In this document: one piece after another, positions 24,380 through 39,200 of the stretch
Layout of the letters: each line of letters starts with the position of its first letter
Numbering within the stretch: the first letter of the stretch is position 1
Assembly: GCA_010093705.1 (NCBI GenBank)
Contig: MU006093.1
Coordinates: 251,785-315,784, forward strand
Direction of reading: 5' to 3'
DNA length: 64,000 nucleotides
DNA from: Patellaria atrata CBS 101060
Taxonomy: Eukaryota
Notes under the pieces: model-generated
Seen by the model: the letters and a program-made list of their open reading frames with translations, nothing else
Told to the model about the DNA's origin: nothing
Database searches by the model: none
Translations under genes and position numbers: made by a program

Positions 24380-27300
24380 TCAGTACCTATCGTAGTGTCT
24401 ATCATCCCGATAACCTCCCCTTCCACCACGTCCCTGGTAGGAATCTTGTCCGCGGTTATCATTTCGATATCCGCCTTCTCCACGATTATCATTCCTATAT
24501 CCACCTTGTCCACGATTATCATTTCTATATCCGCCTCCTCCAAATCCTCCGCGGTACCCATCATAACCTTGTTGACCTCCGCCATTATACCCTTGATACC
24601 CGCCATTTTGCCCTGGATGCCCATTCGTGGGTGGAGGTGTTAGATAACTCGATCCCCCTCTACCAAACCCTCCTGGTGGTGGTGGGTAGCCAGATCCTCC
24701 CCTGCCGTACCCTCCTGGTGGCGGCGGAATCCAACCATTAGCTGCCGCAACATGAGGCGGTGGTGGTACACCCCCTGGTATAAAATTTGGGTCCATGAAG
24801 GCAGCAAATGGATTCGAAGGGTTGCGATTGTTGGTATTGAACCCATTGCCGAAGTGGTCTTGAGGTCCATTCCGAGAATCTGATCGGTAATTGAATCCAC
24901 CATTGTTACCCCCGCCACGACCACCGCGACCACGGCCACGGCCGCTATTAGATCGGTTAAAAGGAGCACCACCGTAGGATCGACCGGATTTGCTAGCACG
25001 TTCGCGGGTCAAGGATATATCATTGGAGTCGAGTACTGGTTTAGGTATATCAACGCCGCGCAGTAACATGGATTTATGGACGGAATCGGACTGAGGCATA
25101 ATGTAGTTGACACTAATAGAGATTAGCTTGCATGATACTTTTCACGATAACCCTAAACCGGAACTACTTACCTGATTGATCGATCTTCATCGAGGTCAGG
25201 CATTCGACCAGCTGTTAGAGGAAATGATAGGGAACTCTGGGGGAGATATGAGTCGTTCTTTTCAAGTTCGCCGCATAGACCTTCGCTAACTTTAACATCT
25301 ATTTGGTACCTCGAGGTAGCCTGCTTTTTCGAATAAAAGTTCGTAGCGACCTCTTCGTAAAGTGGGTGGTGAGTTGAAAAGAGAAGTGCTTCATGTCCGA
25401 ATTGATTGCGTGCGATCTCATCAGCACTTAACAGTGGATACTTCTTTGCCATAGCATCCAGTAGCCTCTTTTCGTCTATGAAAGGGAGCAAGGCAACACC
25501 CTGCCAAGCCATCTTTTTCCCATTCAGGTCTATTTCAAACTCAGTTGGATAAAAGTCGATAATTTCGCTGTCTTCGTCGCTCATTAACGGGCGGAATGGG
25601 GCAGGTAACGTATGGCCAGATGCGGCCGGCATAACACCCATGAGCTGTTCATAAGGTCTGAATATTCTGCCTTTGTTAAACTTGATAGTCATTTTATCAA
25701 GATCCACAAAATCAGCGGCAAAGGGTGCATAATGATGTGGATAGTACCACGTCCACGAAGGACATCCTTGAAAGTAGTATAGCAAAACCCAAGCAAGACC
25801 TTCAACATAGTCTCTTCCTACTTGGTGGCGGAATTCGATGTCGTTTGGATCACGTTTGAACTTCTGCTGGTAATATCTATCAGAATATCCATCCTCCCAT
25901 AGGCGTACTGTATCCTCGGGAGGCTGGTCTGAATTCGACTTTGAACTGCCAATATTTGGTGTATTACGCCCAGGTGTGCCCGCATCATCTTCTTCCAAGG
26001 CATCCGCTTTTCGCTTCCCCAGGGTGGAGGGAGGGGTTTCCGTGAGATTCGCACCCGAGTTCTCCGGGGTTGCAATTGAAGAAGTAGCATCACGGTCTCC
26101 ATTTTCCGAATTCTTCGTAGGTGTCTCTTGAACGTTAAGATTCCTTCGTAGCAACTGTTCCTTGAGAGCTGCTGCTGCGCTTTTGTTGGCCAAGGCCGAC
26201 TGACTGAATGCATTTCGATTAACAAGAGCCTCGTGGGTCATTTGAATTGCTTCCGTGGTCCTTGATTCCCCAGGAGCAAAAGACGGCAAATGTTCGAAAT
26301 CTGCCGCTGTGAGCGGCGCGCGCCGCTTGGATCCACTTTGAGTGGGCGTGGAGTTCTGATCAGGATCGTTAGTGTTGCGTGAATTACGTCTTTCGTAATC
26401 GACCCTTCTTGCTTCGCTTCTTTCACTCTCTAGTTTCCTCCTCTTAGCATTCACTTCCCTCCGTTCCTCAGTCTGCCTTCGCCTCCTAAAGATAGCGTCT
26501 TCTTGTTTGGCAAGACCGGCAAGGATGAGTTGTACTCGTTCTAGGTCTACATGTCCATCTTTGGTAACATAGCCTCCCATCAAAGGGAGGTTGTCGCGCC
26601 AAATCGCTATCAATGTATCGATTCCTTGCTCTCGGATGTCCAAACTTGGTAGGTGAGGTAAGAAATCATTACCAACGAAGAAGCACATGAAGACCCAATC
26701 ATCCAGAGCACGCTCGAGATCGAAAGTGAAAGGAGCGTTAGGCACGTGCATTTCCACAGCAAGATACTCCCTGAGAATAGATACGTGTAACCATATAAAT
26801 GGTTTTAACAGAGAGCTACGATCTGCTCCAGTGAGGTCTTTCTCGACCTTTTGGACCTCGCCTCTACAACTATCCGCTCTATGCCCAGGTTGACCACAGA
26901 GATTGCAAACTTGCGTCTTAGTCTCTTGGAAGAACACGTCTTCTCGCAAAACACGAAAGTGAGGCTCATGTGTTGCCAGACCCAACATGATAAGATCTGC
27001 ATCAAGACCGTATATCACATGCCGGGTATTAGGGTCATGTTCTGGCTGCCGTCGTTGGGAGCGAATGAACTCCATAATTTTGTGTTCCCCTTCTCCAGGA
27101 ACAGTAGCGTCGGAAATGATAATTTTTAACTTCTCCCAGGCAGGATCTGTGTTAAGCTTATAAGCAATCCAGTATCGAAGACTTTTAGCGAGTATGTCCA
27201 TGAACGGCGTCCCAGGAGTAATTGCATTACTATCCCATGTCTTCTTATTCAGCGCATCTTCATCTACTTCTCCATCCGAGCGCGATTTTAGCATCTTGAG

Positions 27301-27875
27301 AAACTCGGCTTTGTCCTCATCTTTCTCTTTAGCTTCTTGTGCCGATCGAAACCTACGGGAGCGCTGTTGGTTCATCTTGGCTCGGGGAGCAACGCCATCT
27401 ATCGAACAGGTTAGTTTTAGAAGAAGGTAATAATGGTATCATATATATGAAGTAAGAAGATAGTCGTACCCCCCTCAGAGCGTAGTAGTTTGGAGCATAA
27501 CTGCAGCCGTCCTAAGGGAGCGCTATTTTCACACTACCATGAGCGTAGGATAGATTTTGCTAACATACCAACAGCAATCATCAACAATTTCCTTGGTCGT
27601 ACCATATTGACCACTCTTTCAGTGTACTTGAAAATCTCGATCATCATTTCTTCCTCATTAGCCGGGGCGGGTCGGTCCTCTGGATGCGCGCATGGATGGA
27701 CAATGCCATTCATGTCCAGATATAGGTTATCGAACTCTTCGCCATTAGGATTCCGCTCACGGGTATCGATCGGTATCTTTACCCCATCTACTTCCTCCGG
27801 CTCTTTCTCGATGACAGGCGAGATGATTTTAGGGTACTTTGTAGATAACCACCTGAACAACGCTGGAACACCCAT
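24380..27875 (-). CDS. RAT1: 5'-3' exoribonuclease 2 (Rat1/Dhp1/XRN2); exons 27875-27569, 27398-25172, 25112-24380
   Basis: [62 protein letters not shown] zinc knuckle, RGG-rich tail. Confidence 0.97.
24446..24535 (-). repeat. 3 x 30-bp coding tandem repeat (GGYRNDNRG[QE]) in the Rat1 tail
   Basis: Units at 24446-24475, 24476-24505 and 24506-24535, differing mostly at synonymous sites. Confidence 0.85.
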
Positions 27876-28456
27876 GTTGAAAGATAGAGTCCGCTTTTAG
27901 TGGAATTGAATACTGTAACCTTATCAATGCGAAGAACAGAAAGTATGCTCTTTGTTCGATCGTTACGAAGTTGTAGCGCAAGGCAACAAATGCAGTTGCG
28001 GGAGTCGGGAAAGACCTGCGGTGCACTTTTAGATAGGTAACTTTCGAATCGCGTGGTTCATATGGCCATCCTGTGGGATCTTGTCTCAAGCGGTGTCCGC
28101 TACTGAGGGTAAAGTCAGTGCGGTGGGTGGTATTCTGGTAGAAAGTCAGAAGGTGGATGAGAGGTTGAGAACCTGGGTTTAACATAAGTTCTGCCTTTAT
28201 GCCGTTTTAGGTTTAGCGTTCAGATAGAAATTGTGAAACCACAAACTCCCCCATGCCAAAGCAGAGGACAGTGTGTTCTATAAGTGTATACAGTTCTAAT
28301 AGCCCTTTGAAATGCATATCTCCCATGAGTAGTCGATGTTAATCATGATCTCTACAATTTATACCAATTAAGATTGAGTCACTACTCTCCTGTAAAACCT
28401 CACCTTCGACTAGCGATGCTACAGAACTGCACTCGTAGCTCTCCAACACCGACAGC

Positions 28457-31400
28457 ATGTTGCGAATGCTTGAAGCTCAAGCCCCGGCAAAACAAAATGC
28501 TACAGACACGATTAATACGCTGAGTAGTCGCTTGAATAGTGCTACTCTACTTGAGGACCGACGCGCCGCTATCCTTGGTCTGCGCAGCTTTGCCAAAGAG
28601 TATCCTGCTTCTGTCGCATCTGGAGCCCTTCGTGGTCTTATCAGCAGCTTAACAAAAGATTCTGAAGATGTTGACACAACCAAAGTTGTCTTAGAGACGC
28701 TTCTCATGCTATTTAACCCCAATGAAAACAGCGTATGAGCTCGTTCTACTTATATTTGGAGTATACTAACCATTATCTAGCCCGAAGCCTCAGATGATAT
28801 AGCTCTCTGGCTTGCTGATGAATTTACGCAGGTTAGTCGCACTGGTCTTCCATCTAGCACGTACTGAGCTCATATCAGCGTCAAGATAACATTACTATCC
28901 TGTTAGACCTACTTGAAACCCCCGACTTCTACTCCCGTATATACTCCCTACAGTTGATCCAAGCAGCCTCGTCTGCGAGGCCGGAGAGGACTCAAGAGTG
29001 CATTCTTTCAGCTCCTTTAGGGACTACAAGGCTTGTGGGGATACTTGACGATCCTAGGGATGCTATTCGCAACGGTATGGTATTTCTGTTAAGCTTCCTT
29101 TGCTGATACATTTCTGACAACTGTCAGCCGGACTTCTTCTCCTGACCGACCTTACCCAATCGTCACCAGAATTACAGAAGCTTGTAGCATTCGAGAATGC
29201 GTTTGAGAAAATCTTTGCCCTTATAGAAGCGGAAGGATCTCTTGAGCAGGGAGGCATTGTTGTGCAAGATTGCCTTTCTTTGCTCGCCAATCTAGTCCGT
29301 TACAATGCCCCAAATCAATCCCTATTCCGAGAGACCGGTTGTGTTGCCAAACTTGCTCAATTGTTGCCGGGTGGTCGTAAAAAGGTCGCCAATAGTGAAG
29401 AAGATAATTGGGCAAGCCCTCAGAAAGACAAAAACATTTGGGGTCTACTTGCTGTTCTACGCATGTTTTTAGTAAGAGGAAGTGTGGGCACCCAACAGAA
29501 CCAAAATTCTTTCTCGAAGCATAGATTGGTGCAATTGATTCTGAATTTAGCCTTTAATAAGCAAACCCAGATTCCAATCAAGGCTGAGGTTTGATATACT
29601 TTAGGCTTTTATTCCATATACTGGTATACTAATGGTAAAACTAGGCACTATATACATGTGCGGATATGATTAGAGCAAATCCACGACTACAGGAAGGTTT
29701 TGCACAACTTCAAGTCACCTTACCTATCGACCATGGAACATCTACACCGAACGGGGAGAAATCCATCAACGGTATATCGAAGGCCTATATCATCGATGCA
29801 CTTTTGGATCTGACGTTAAGCGCAAGCCCGTCCAGCACATTCGATGCTCGATTTGCTGCGTGCGAGTGTGTCAAAGCTTACTTCTATACGCACGGGGAAA
29901 TCAAGATGCACTTTTTGAATCGTGCCATTGAAGGTCATAAATCCGGTCAAGACGAGACAGCCAATGCGCTTACAACACTTATTCTCGGACACCATGGGCC
30001 TCAATATTCAGACCCATACCGCCTATGGTTTGCCTCTGTACTGGTGTTTCATCTTATCTTCGATGATCTCGAGGCTAAACGTCGACTCATGAGTGTTGCC
30101 GAAGGCGATGCAGAACAAGGCGAGGAGGTTGTTACCTGCATACAAGCATTGTCAAGTAATTTGATGATTGGACTGCAGACAGGTGCAGATGAAAGAGTGA
30201 CCGTTGGTTACCTGATGCTCCTGCTGGGGTGGCTTTTTGAAGATTCCAAGGCTGTCAACGACTTTTTAGGAGAAGGCAGCAGTCTACAAAGCCTGGTCCA
30301 AGCAGCTTCCAGAGCTCCTAACGGACAGGTGGTCGTTCAAGGGCTATGTGCTATTTTACTCGGTATAATCTATGAATTCTCTACAAAGGACTCCCCGATT
30401 CCTCGTCGAAAATTGCAATCTGTTTTAGTGAATAGTCTCGGACGAGAAAGATATCTTGACGCAATTACCCGTCTCCGACAACATCCATTCATTAGAGATT
30501 TTGAAGTCCTTAGCCCTGGTTCTTCTATAGCTTCGGGTAACCTACCTGATGTATACTTTGATTCGACATTTGTGGATTTCATCAAGGATAATTTTAGTCG
30601 CTTATCGAGGGCGATTGATCGAGACCCCGGACTTGAAGTTCAACAGTCTCATGAAGGTATTGATAGAGATCTTTTGGATAACCTAAAGGCACAGCTCGCA
30701 GAGAAGGATAAAGCTCTACAAAAAGCGGAAAACGAAGCTCTAACAGTGGAAGGGAAGCTCGGCAAGGAACAAGCAGACCATAGAAGATCTCAAGAAACAG
30801 CAATTGCTGAAGTCAACCGTATCAAGAATATAAATGAAGCCCTACAACGGAATCATGATGCAGAATCTAGGAAAGCGGAAGAACAATATCGTGCAGCATT
30901 GCAGCGACAAGAGGAGCAAAGTCGTCAGCAGATACATGCCATTAACCTTCAAATGCAGCAGAACCAACGTGAAGCTAGCTCAACTGCATCTAGAGTGAAG
31001 GAACAGTTCGATCGGGAGTTAAGCCAATGGAAACGTGCGAATTCTGAGCTCGAGGACAAATTAAAAAAGATACAACAAGCTCATTTCAATACCGGCACTC
31101 AACTCAAAGAGAGTGAGAACGAGATCAAGAAACTAAACGACGAGATTTCCATCATTACAAAGACCGTGGATGGATTGAAGGCGCAACTTCGAGACAAAGG
31201 GTCGGAGAGAGATGAGTTGAGGAGTCAGAACTTGGAGCTCGAAGTCACGATCGAGAAACAACGGACGCAGATTGAGACCCTAAATCGTTCCCTTGAGAAG
31301 AACCGGACCGACATCCAAGACGTGAATAGACAGATCAAGGACAGTGAGGCGAATCTGCAGCAAGTGGAAAAGGAGTTGACTCAGGCGCAAGAGGAGCTTA

Positions 31401-31671
31401 AGCAAACGCGTAAAGACTTAGCTGAAAAGGAAGAGGCCAGAAGTTCAGTTCAAGCAGAATTAGATGACATGCTCATCATACTGAGTGACCTAGAGGATAA
31501 ACGCACTAATGACAAGGTAATTCAGTATATCACCTATCCAGTGTATAAAGCTAACGTTTTCAGAAACGCCTCAAGGAACTAGGTCAAGAAACGTCTGATG
31601 CCGAAGTGGACGATGATGAAGATGAAGATGGGGATGAGGGAGAGGATGAAGACGATGAGGATGTCGATTGA
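28457..31671 (+). CDS. USO1: Vesicle tethering protein Uso1/p115; exons approx 28457-28732, 28781-28831, 28879-29074, 29128-29588, 29645-31516, 31564-31671
   Basis: ATLLEDRRAAILGLRSF, LQKLVAFENAFEKIF, long coiled coil, ELDDML..LEDKR..KKRLKELG and acidic tail. Confidence 0.93.
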
Positions 31672-32071
31672 TATAATCGCATAGTTTCTAGCAGTATTAT
31701 TTGAAAGAAGCGGGCGTTATCAAACCTCTACTGCGACATGCGGACCTTTTGCTATGTTGTAACTTGCTCTAGTTGTAGTGTACTTGTACATAAAGTTGCT
31801 TTATATCCAATATCCTGTGTTTTCAGTGAACCTCTTATTAATACGAAAATAGCGGTAGATGTCACGTTAAGCTTGACTTCTTCTACTACTATCACGAATG
31901 ATTTCATATAGACATATATTGGTATCAGATTAAGGTCCTCTGAGTCATGTCTAAAGGCGGTAACTTCAAATTTCATTTCTGCTCACACCACCCCTCCTTA
32001 CAACTACCCCACCAAAATCTTCCAAAACACGAAATCTCTGGGAAGTTTCTAGGGATTCAATCTTCCCCAAA

Positions 32072-35000
32072 ATGTCTATCGATTTCCCAGCTGAAGAAGA
32101 GAGAATTCTCAAAGGCTGGCAGGAAATTAACGCATTCCAGCGACAAGTAGAGCTATCCAAAGGTCGACCACCATACACATTTTACGATGGACCTCCGTTC
32201 GCTACTGGTTTACCTCACTACGGGCATCTTCTTGCTTCTACCATAAAAGATATCATTCCAAGATATTGGTCTATGAAAGGGCGATATGTGGAGCGAAGAT
32301 TCGGTTGGGATACTCATGGCGTACCAATTGAGTATGAGATCGATAAGAAGATGGGAATCAGTGGGAAAGACGCAGTAGCGAAACTAGGGATTGAAAGATA
32401 CAATGAAGAGTGTAGAGCGACTGTGATGAAATTCTCTGGAGAATGGAGGGCAACCATTGATCGTCTGGGACGTTGGATAGATTTTGATAATGATTACAAG
32501 GTATGGATCCACAGACACTTCGCAAATACAGAGACCATAAAGAGCTGACAAAGATGTGCGATAGACTATGGATACCAGCTTCATGGAGTCTGAATGGTGG
32601 GTCTTTAAACAGTTGTTTGATAAGGATGTCGTGTATCGAGGATATAGAGTTATGCCCTACTCCACAGCATTGAACACCCCACTTAGCAACTTCGAAGCCT
32701 CTCAGAACTACAAAGACGTCCAAGATCCGGCCGTTGTAGTGTCGTTCCCTTTACTAGATGACCCGAACACATTTCTCCTCGCCTGGACGACTACACCTTG
32801 GACTCTGCCTTCCCACACAGGACTAGCCGCGCATCCAGACTTGGAATATATCAAGCTCAAAGATGAAGCTACCGGCAGACACTATATACTACTAGAAGGG
32901 TTATTGAAGACATTGTACAAGGATCCTAAGAAAGCAAAATTCAAGATCGTTGAAAGGTTCAAGGGAAAAGACATGTTAGGTTGGAAGTATGAGCCGTTGT
33001 TCGATTATTTCTACGAAGAGTTCAAAGATTATGGATTCAAGGTACTCAATGCGACTTATGTCACTACGGACAGTGGTGTGGGCATAGTCCATCAATCACC
33101 CGCTTTCGGTGAAGAAGATTACAATGTAGCCATGGCTGCAGGCGTCATCAGCGACAAACGACCCCCCCCAAACCCGGTTGATGAGAAAGGAATCTTCACA
33201 TCTCAAGTCCGAGATTTTGCTGGTATGCATGTCAAAGCTGCTGACAAAGCTATTATCAAACTTCTTAAAGGCACCGGCCGCCTGATTGTCGACTCTCAAA
33301 TTACTCATAGTTACCCGTTCTGCTGGCGTTCTGATACCCCTTTGATATACCGCGCTGTTCCTTCCTGGTTTGTAAAAATTACTGATATCATCCCGAAGAT
33401 GCTCAAAAACATTGAAGAGTCGCATTGGGTTCCGAATTTTGTTAAAGAGAAACGGTTTGCTAGCTGGATTGCTAATGCCCGAGATTGGAATATCTCCAGA
33501 AACAGGTATTGGGGTACACCGATTCCACTTTGGGTTAGTGAAGACTTCAAAGAGGTGGTGTGCGTTGGTAGTATTCAGGAGTTGAAAGAGTTGAGCGGTT
33601 ACGAGGGCGAGATCACCGATCTACATCGTGACAAAGTGGATAAAATCACCATTCCAAGCAAGCAAGGTAATGGAGAGCTTCGACGAATTGAAGAGATATT
33701 CGATTGTTGGTTCGAGTCGGGTAGTATGCCATATGCCGGTCAGCACTATCCTTTCGAGAATCAAGAACACTTCAAGAAATCTTTTCCCGGAGACTTCATC
33801 GCAGAGGGCCTGGATCAGACAAGAGGTTGGTTTTATACACTAACAGTACTTGGTACCCATCTCTACGGATGTCTTCCATTCAAGAACTGCGTTGTGAACG
33901 GTATTGTCCTTGCTGAAGACGGTAAGAAAATGTCCAAGCGGCTAAAGAACTACCCCGATCCTGTTCTTATTATGAATAGCTACGGGTCTGATGCTCTCCG
34001 ATTATATCTCATTAACTCACCAGTCGTAAGAGCTGAGCCATTGAGATTTAAGGAAGCAGGTGTTAAGGAAATCGTCTCCAAGGTCCTTTTACCACTATGG
34101 AATAGCTACAAGTTCTTCGAGCAACAAGTAGCTCTCCTCAAGAAGGTTACGGGTGTAGAGTATTCCTTCGATCCAGATGCGGAAAAGACCAACACCAATC
34201 TCATGGATCGCTGGATTCTCGCGAGTTGTCAAAGCCTTCTGAAATTCGTCAACGCCGAAATGGAGGGTTATAGATTATACACCGTAGTCCCGCGTTTACT
34301 TGAACTTATCGATAATACGACCAACTGGTATATTCGATTTAATCGTCGGCGACTAAAAGGCGAGTATGGAATTGACGACACACAGCACGCTTTGAATACG
34401 CTTTTCGAAGTTTTGTACACTCTTACTCGCGGTCTTGCACCCTTCACCCCTTTCATCACAGATAACATCTTCCAACGATTACTTCCGTTCATCCCTCAGA
34501 GGTTACATGGTGAGGATATGCGAAGTGTGCATTTCCTTCCATTCCCTGAAGTACGGGAGGAGCTGTTCGACGAAGTTATCGAGCGGCAGATATCTCGTAT
34601 GCAGGCCGTCATTGAACTGGGGCGCATTAGCAGAGAGAGACGTACAATTGGGTTGAAGACCCCATTGAAGACTCTTATCGTTATCCACCCGGATCAGCAG
34701 TACCTAGACGACATCAAGGGGCTTGAGACCGAGATAGCCGAGGAATTGAACGTGCACAACCTTGTCCTTTCAAGTGAGGAAGACAAGTATAGCGTTCAGT
34801 ATTCATGTACTGCAGACTGGCCTGTCCTCGGGAAAAAGCTCAAGAAGGACATCCAGAAGGTCAAGAAAGCCTTACCTTCCCTGAGTAGCGACGATGTTCG
34901 AGGGTTCGTGCAGAATAAAGAGATCACAGTGGACGGCATCAAGCTAGCAGAAGAGGATCTCTTGGTCAAGCGCGGCTTGAAAGATACCGAAGCGAGCAAG

Positions 35001-35375
35001 AACCAGGAGTTTAACACCAATAACGATGTCTTGATCATCTTAGACGTGGCCTTGTATCCGGAACTTGAACAGGAAGGATTGGCGCGTGAGATCATCAACA
35101 GAGTACAGCGCCTGCGCAAGAAGGCCGGGCTACAAGCTACGGATGATGTGGGTATGGAGTACAAGATGATCGCTGATCCTGATAATATCGGAATAGAAAA
35201 CGTCTTCGAGACGCAGGGGAAGATGATCGAAAAGGCCTTGAGGCGACCCGTAGATAAACACGTAGTGACGGAAGTGGAAGGAAAGATTCCCGACGATGTG
35301 AAGGAAGATGTTATCCTACAGGAAGAACAGGAGGTACAGAAGGCCACGTTCTTGTTGAGACTTGTTAAGCTATAA
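32072..35375 (+). CDS. ILS1: Cytosolic isoleucyl-tRNA synthetase; intron approx 32501-32564
   Basis: [16 protein letters not shown] (HIGH), WTTTPWTLP editing domain, [20 protein letters not shown]. Confidence 0.98.
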
Positions 35376-36254
35376 GGGGTGCCTTGGTGGTGTGACATTT
35401 GATGTATTCTATGGATGTCCCTTTTCGGATAGGAAAAAGTAGCATGGCAAATAGATGAATGATCATTCGAAGTCTCAGATTTCCCGTTCATCATAACGTA
35501 TCATTCCCCTCCATGTCATATGTGTACAGGTCTTGTACAGTCTATAATGCAAAGCTCTGAACGCTGCACAATTCCGCCTAGCACGCCGGGCTAACTTGTT
35601 ATTTCAACTTTTTATAGTTTGCCTGAAATCACATCAGTTCATCAGGACATCAACTATATACCGTACCCAGAATACATACCACATAACAATCTTTCAATTT
35701 CATAAACTCCGTCAAACACTTCCCCTTGTACACATTGTTGTAGTCCGCAACGATGCATTTGCCATACACCGCACTCTAAGGGCTGTCAGGTGACTTGTGG
35801 AATAGTATCCGGGTGTGGCATTCCTTACTTCTATGGAGCATTTCGCCGCTGCTGCAGCAAACTTCTCTATCGGACGGGTCTTTGTGGGCATGAGTGAAAT
35901 GTTTCAATTACTCAATGTAGTGATTAATGTTGAAGAAGTTGTCTCATGAACAGAACAATGTAAGTTCCATATAAGGAAACAATGTTTGGATCGTTTGCTT
36001 CACTTAGTTCTGTTACATTCAACCAATCATCGATAGCGTCTACATTCCATCTTCACGTCGCGTCCACCACTCGAAAACGCATTGTTTCGATATCAACATT
36101 CGAAACTTCTCACCTTTTTGGCTTTTCTTAGTAATGTCTATTTATTTGGCGTCGCATTGCTCAAGTAATAAATATATTGGACACGTAAATCCTTTCTCTT
36201 CACGCATGCCGCCTTCATGTCCCTCTTGGAGAAGCAGCGCGCTATAACCTTCGA

Positions 36255-39200
36255 ATGCCGGCTTCGACTACTACAGATGAGCTGCCTCCTCTTACCAACG
36301 AAGGTACAGTTCATTAGCGAGTGCGACACGGAGCAGATTATTCTAATGCTATGTAGATGTCGAAGTCCTTTACAACATCGTCACACACGCCCAAACCTCT
36401 ACCGAACCTACATTCCGCGCGCTTTTCCAAGCATACGATATCATCCTTGCAGAACAAGGCATTGACCCAAACCATGACCAGGTCTTCTTTCGCTACCTCT
36501 TGCGCATGGGAGAGGAGAAGACGGAAGATGGTAATCCCGACCTGTTCTCGAAATTCCAGAAGACGTTGGCGAAGGAGGGCATCATTGTCGAGCTCAAGGA
36601 CGATGGGGAGGGCGTGGACGAGATCACACGAAGACTCGACAGCTCAGAATTGGATGGCGATCAACAACAACCCGTGCAACCCTCAAGGCGCGCCAGTTTT
36701 AGCTCCGTATATGAGGCTGTTGATACGACAAGAGATGGGAACAAAGAAAATATTAGAGGATTACCACAAAAGACATGGGGCCAAGGGTCTTATTCCCATC
36801 GACCAGCTAGCAGCGCATCAAACCATGTGTCCCGAAGAAGTAGATCTGATAGTGCGCGACCGGGACTCTACTCCTCTCTTCCTATTAGAGGGAGGGTGAG
36901 GGCGCGTGCAGCATCGGAGGATGTTACTAGCCATTCTCGGAAACGAGATGTATCTACCTCAAGTCGAGGTAGTATAAGTATAACTAGAAACCACCACAAT
37001 ACGGCCGCTACCCGGAACGCAGGTGGATATGGTCCTAGTGGCCGCGTAAACGGTGTGCACCTTCAGGGTACTTCCAAGGAAGTTCTAGAAGATGCAGGAT
37101 ACAATCCAGAGCCGCATTATGTTCCCCCAGAAATGCTATACCGTCCCACGCAAACCGAAATGAACGAAGATGCGCAAACATTCCGAGATCATTGCTCCGG
37201 GAGATCCATTCGGCAACTGCTGCAGCGTTGGCGTCAAAGAACAGACGAAGCTCGACTATGGGCCGAAATGAACGAAGATGCAAACGCATTCCGATATTAT
37301 TGTACCAAGAGAGTTACTCTAGAGATGCTGCAACGTTGGCGACAACGAGCAGCCGAAGCTCTCCTCAAGGAGGATGAGATGATTGCTAAAGCAGAAGCAT
37401 TCGATAAGAATATTCTGCTGCGTCAAGCTCTGGAACAATGGCACGGCGTTTGGCTCGTCAAGAAACAAGAAGCGGAAACCACGAAATTTTTTGCGCATCT
37501 GGAACGACGAGCTGACAAGGCTCGGAACCTATTCCTCCTGACTAAAGCTTTCACACACTGGGCGCAGTATGCTTCGGAAGAAGTATTGAGAACATCCGTA
37601 GCTCGACGACACATTCTTCGGACCAAGTACTTCAATGCGTGGAGAGACATTACAGCAGTCAATGATTTCAAAGTTCGGAGGCAGGTGCTTCATAAGTTTC
37701 TAGACAAATGGAGACGGCGAGCAGTCCAAGTTCAAACTCAAGAGACTGAAACTACATCTGTCTATGAGGGAAGAATTACCCGTAATTGCTTCCAACGTTG
37801 GTTAGCTACATACCGCGAGCGCAGAGCACTTTGTGATGCTGAGCAATACCTGATGCAGAAATATCTCGCAAGGTGGAGAGAAATTGTACGACAGCTAAGA
37901 GAGAGAGCAGAATGGGTTGACCAAATGAGAAATCGCAGTCTTTTGCAGAAAGACCTACTCCTATGGTCCACTCGAACAAATCAGGTTGTCCAAACTTTAC
38001 CCCTATTACGGTCACAAGTTATCCAAAGACTGGAGAATCGTATTCTTCATACCTCGTTCTCCACGTGGCTACTCCGAACACGCCAATCTCAACAAGCTGA
38101 AGAGGCAAACCGACTTCGCATATTGCGGTATGCGTTGACAAAGGTGCGGATAAGGTTTAGTATTTCATACGCACAACGTCAGATAGCTAACCTCTACGCT
38201 GTCCAGTGTCTATATAAATGGATCATAGCTACTCGTGGTAAAGGACGCGAGCATACGCTTGATGAACGAGCCGTGCGCAATGCTCTCACTGCATGGCATA
38301 CGAAGACGGAGCTGCAAAGGAATAGCTTGAAGACAGCTGAACAAGTTTTCAAGCGCTCGCAGTGTACGCGACTTCTTTCTAAGAGCTTCACTATTTGGCG
38401 GGAAAAGACGGGGCAGATACGCCAACAGTCTCAGCTGGCATCTTCGATCTATGAACCAAAACTTTTATATGGAGCACTGCAAGCCTGGATTAATCGTACT
38501 ATTCACGTCCGTGAGCTCAACATTCAGGCTGAGGATGCACAGTTCTATGTATTCGCTATGCACGCTCTGAAAAAGTGGAAAGATGCAACCCAAGTGGCTA
38601 AGAAGCAGCATAGAAGAGAGGCGTATGCTACTGTAAGAAGAAATCATAAAATGAAACTCGTCCACGGCATCCTCCAGACCTGGCGCGGAAGGACTGCACG
38701 GATCAGAGACCTGGACAACGCTGCAAACAGGCTCATTGAGAACAGGACTGTGACCGCAGCTTCCAGAGCCCTCATCGCCTGGCATAATCGGGCCACTACC
38801 CTCACCCAACTGATTCAAGAGACCGAAGCAATGCGAAGAACTACTCTCCTATCCAGCACACTGAAGCTGTGGAATGAACAACATCAGAGAGTCCAATCGA
38901 TGAGCCGGAAGGCAGAAACCTGGCAAAGAGAAATCGCAATTCTCGGCGCAGGCACTTGCTTCCGCAAACTCAATTGGCGTCTCTTCCAGATGAAACAAGA
39001 ACAGCAAAAGGCTATCGCGCTCCGTGAGCGCAACTGGGAGAAACATATTAGAGCCATGATGCGCTTTTGGCTCGAACAAGCCTTAGCTTTGAGAGCGCAG
39101 AGACGAGCGCAAGGAACACAGAGCAATCGAAATCGCGATCCCGAAGAAAACGTCATGGTCCCCGTCCTGGAACTTTCGAGCACAGGAAGCAGGCACTTCG

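Noticed and set aside
27399..27568. 170-nt RAT1 intron as snoRNA host
   Set aside because: No properly arranged C/D or H/ACA boxes seen.
34796..35494. 232-aa minus-strand ORF
   Set aside because: Antisense to the IleRS C-terminus; no independent coding features.
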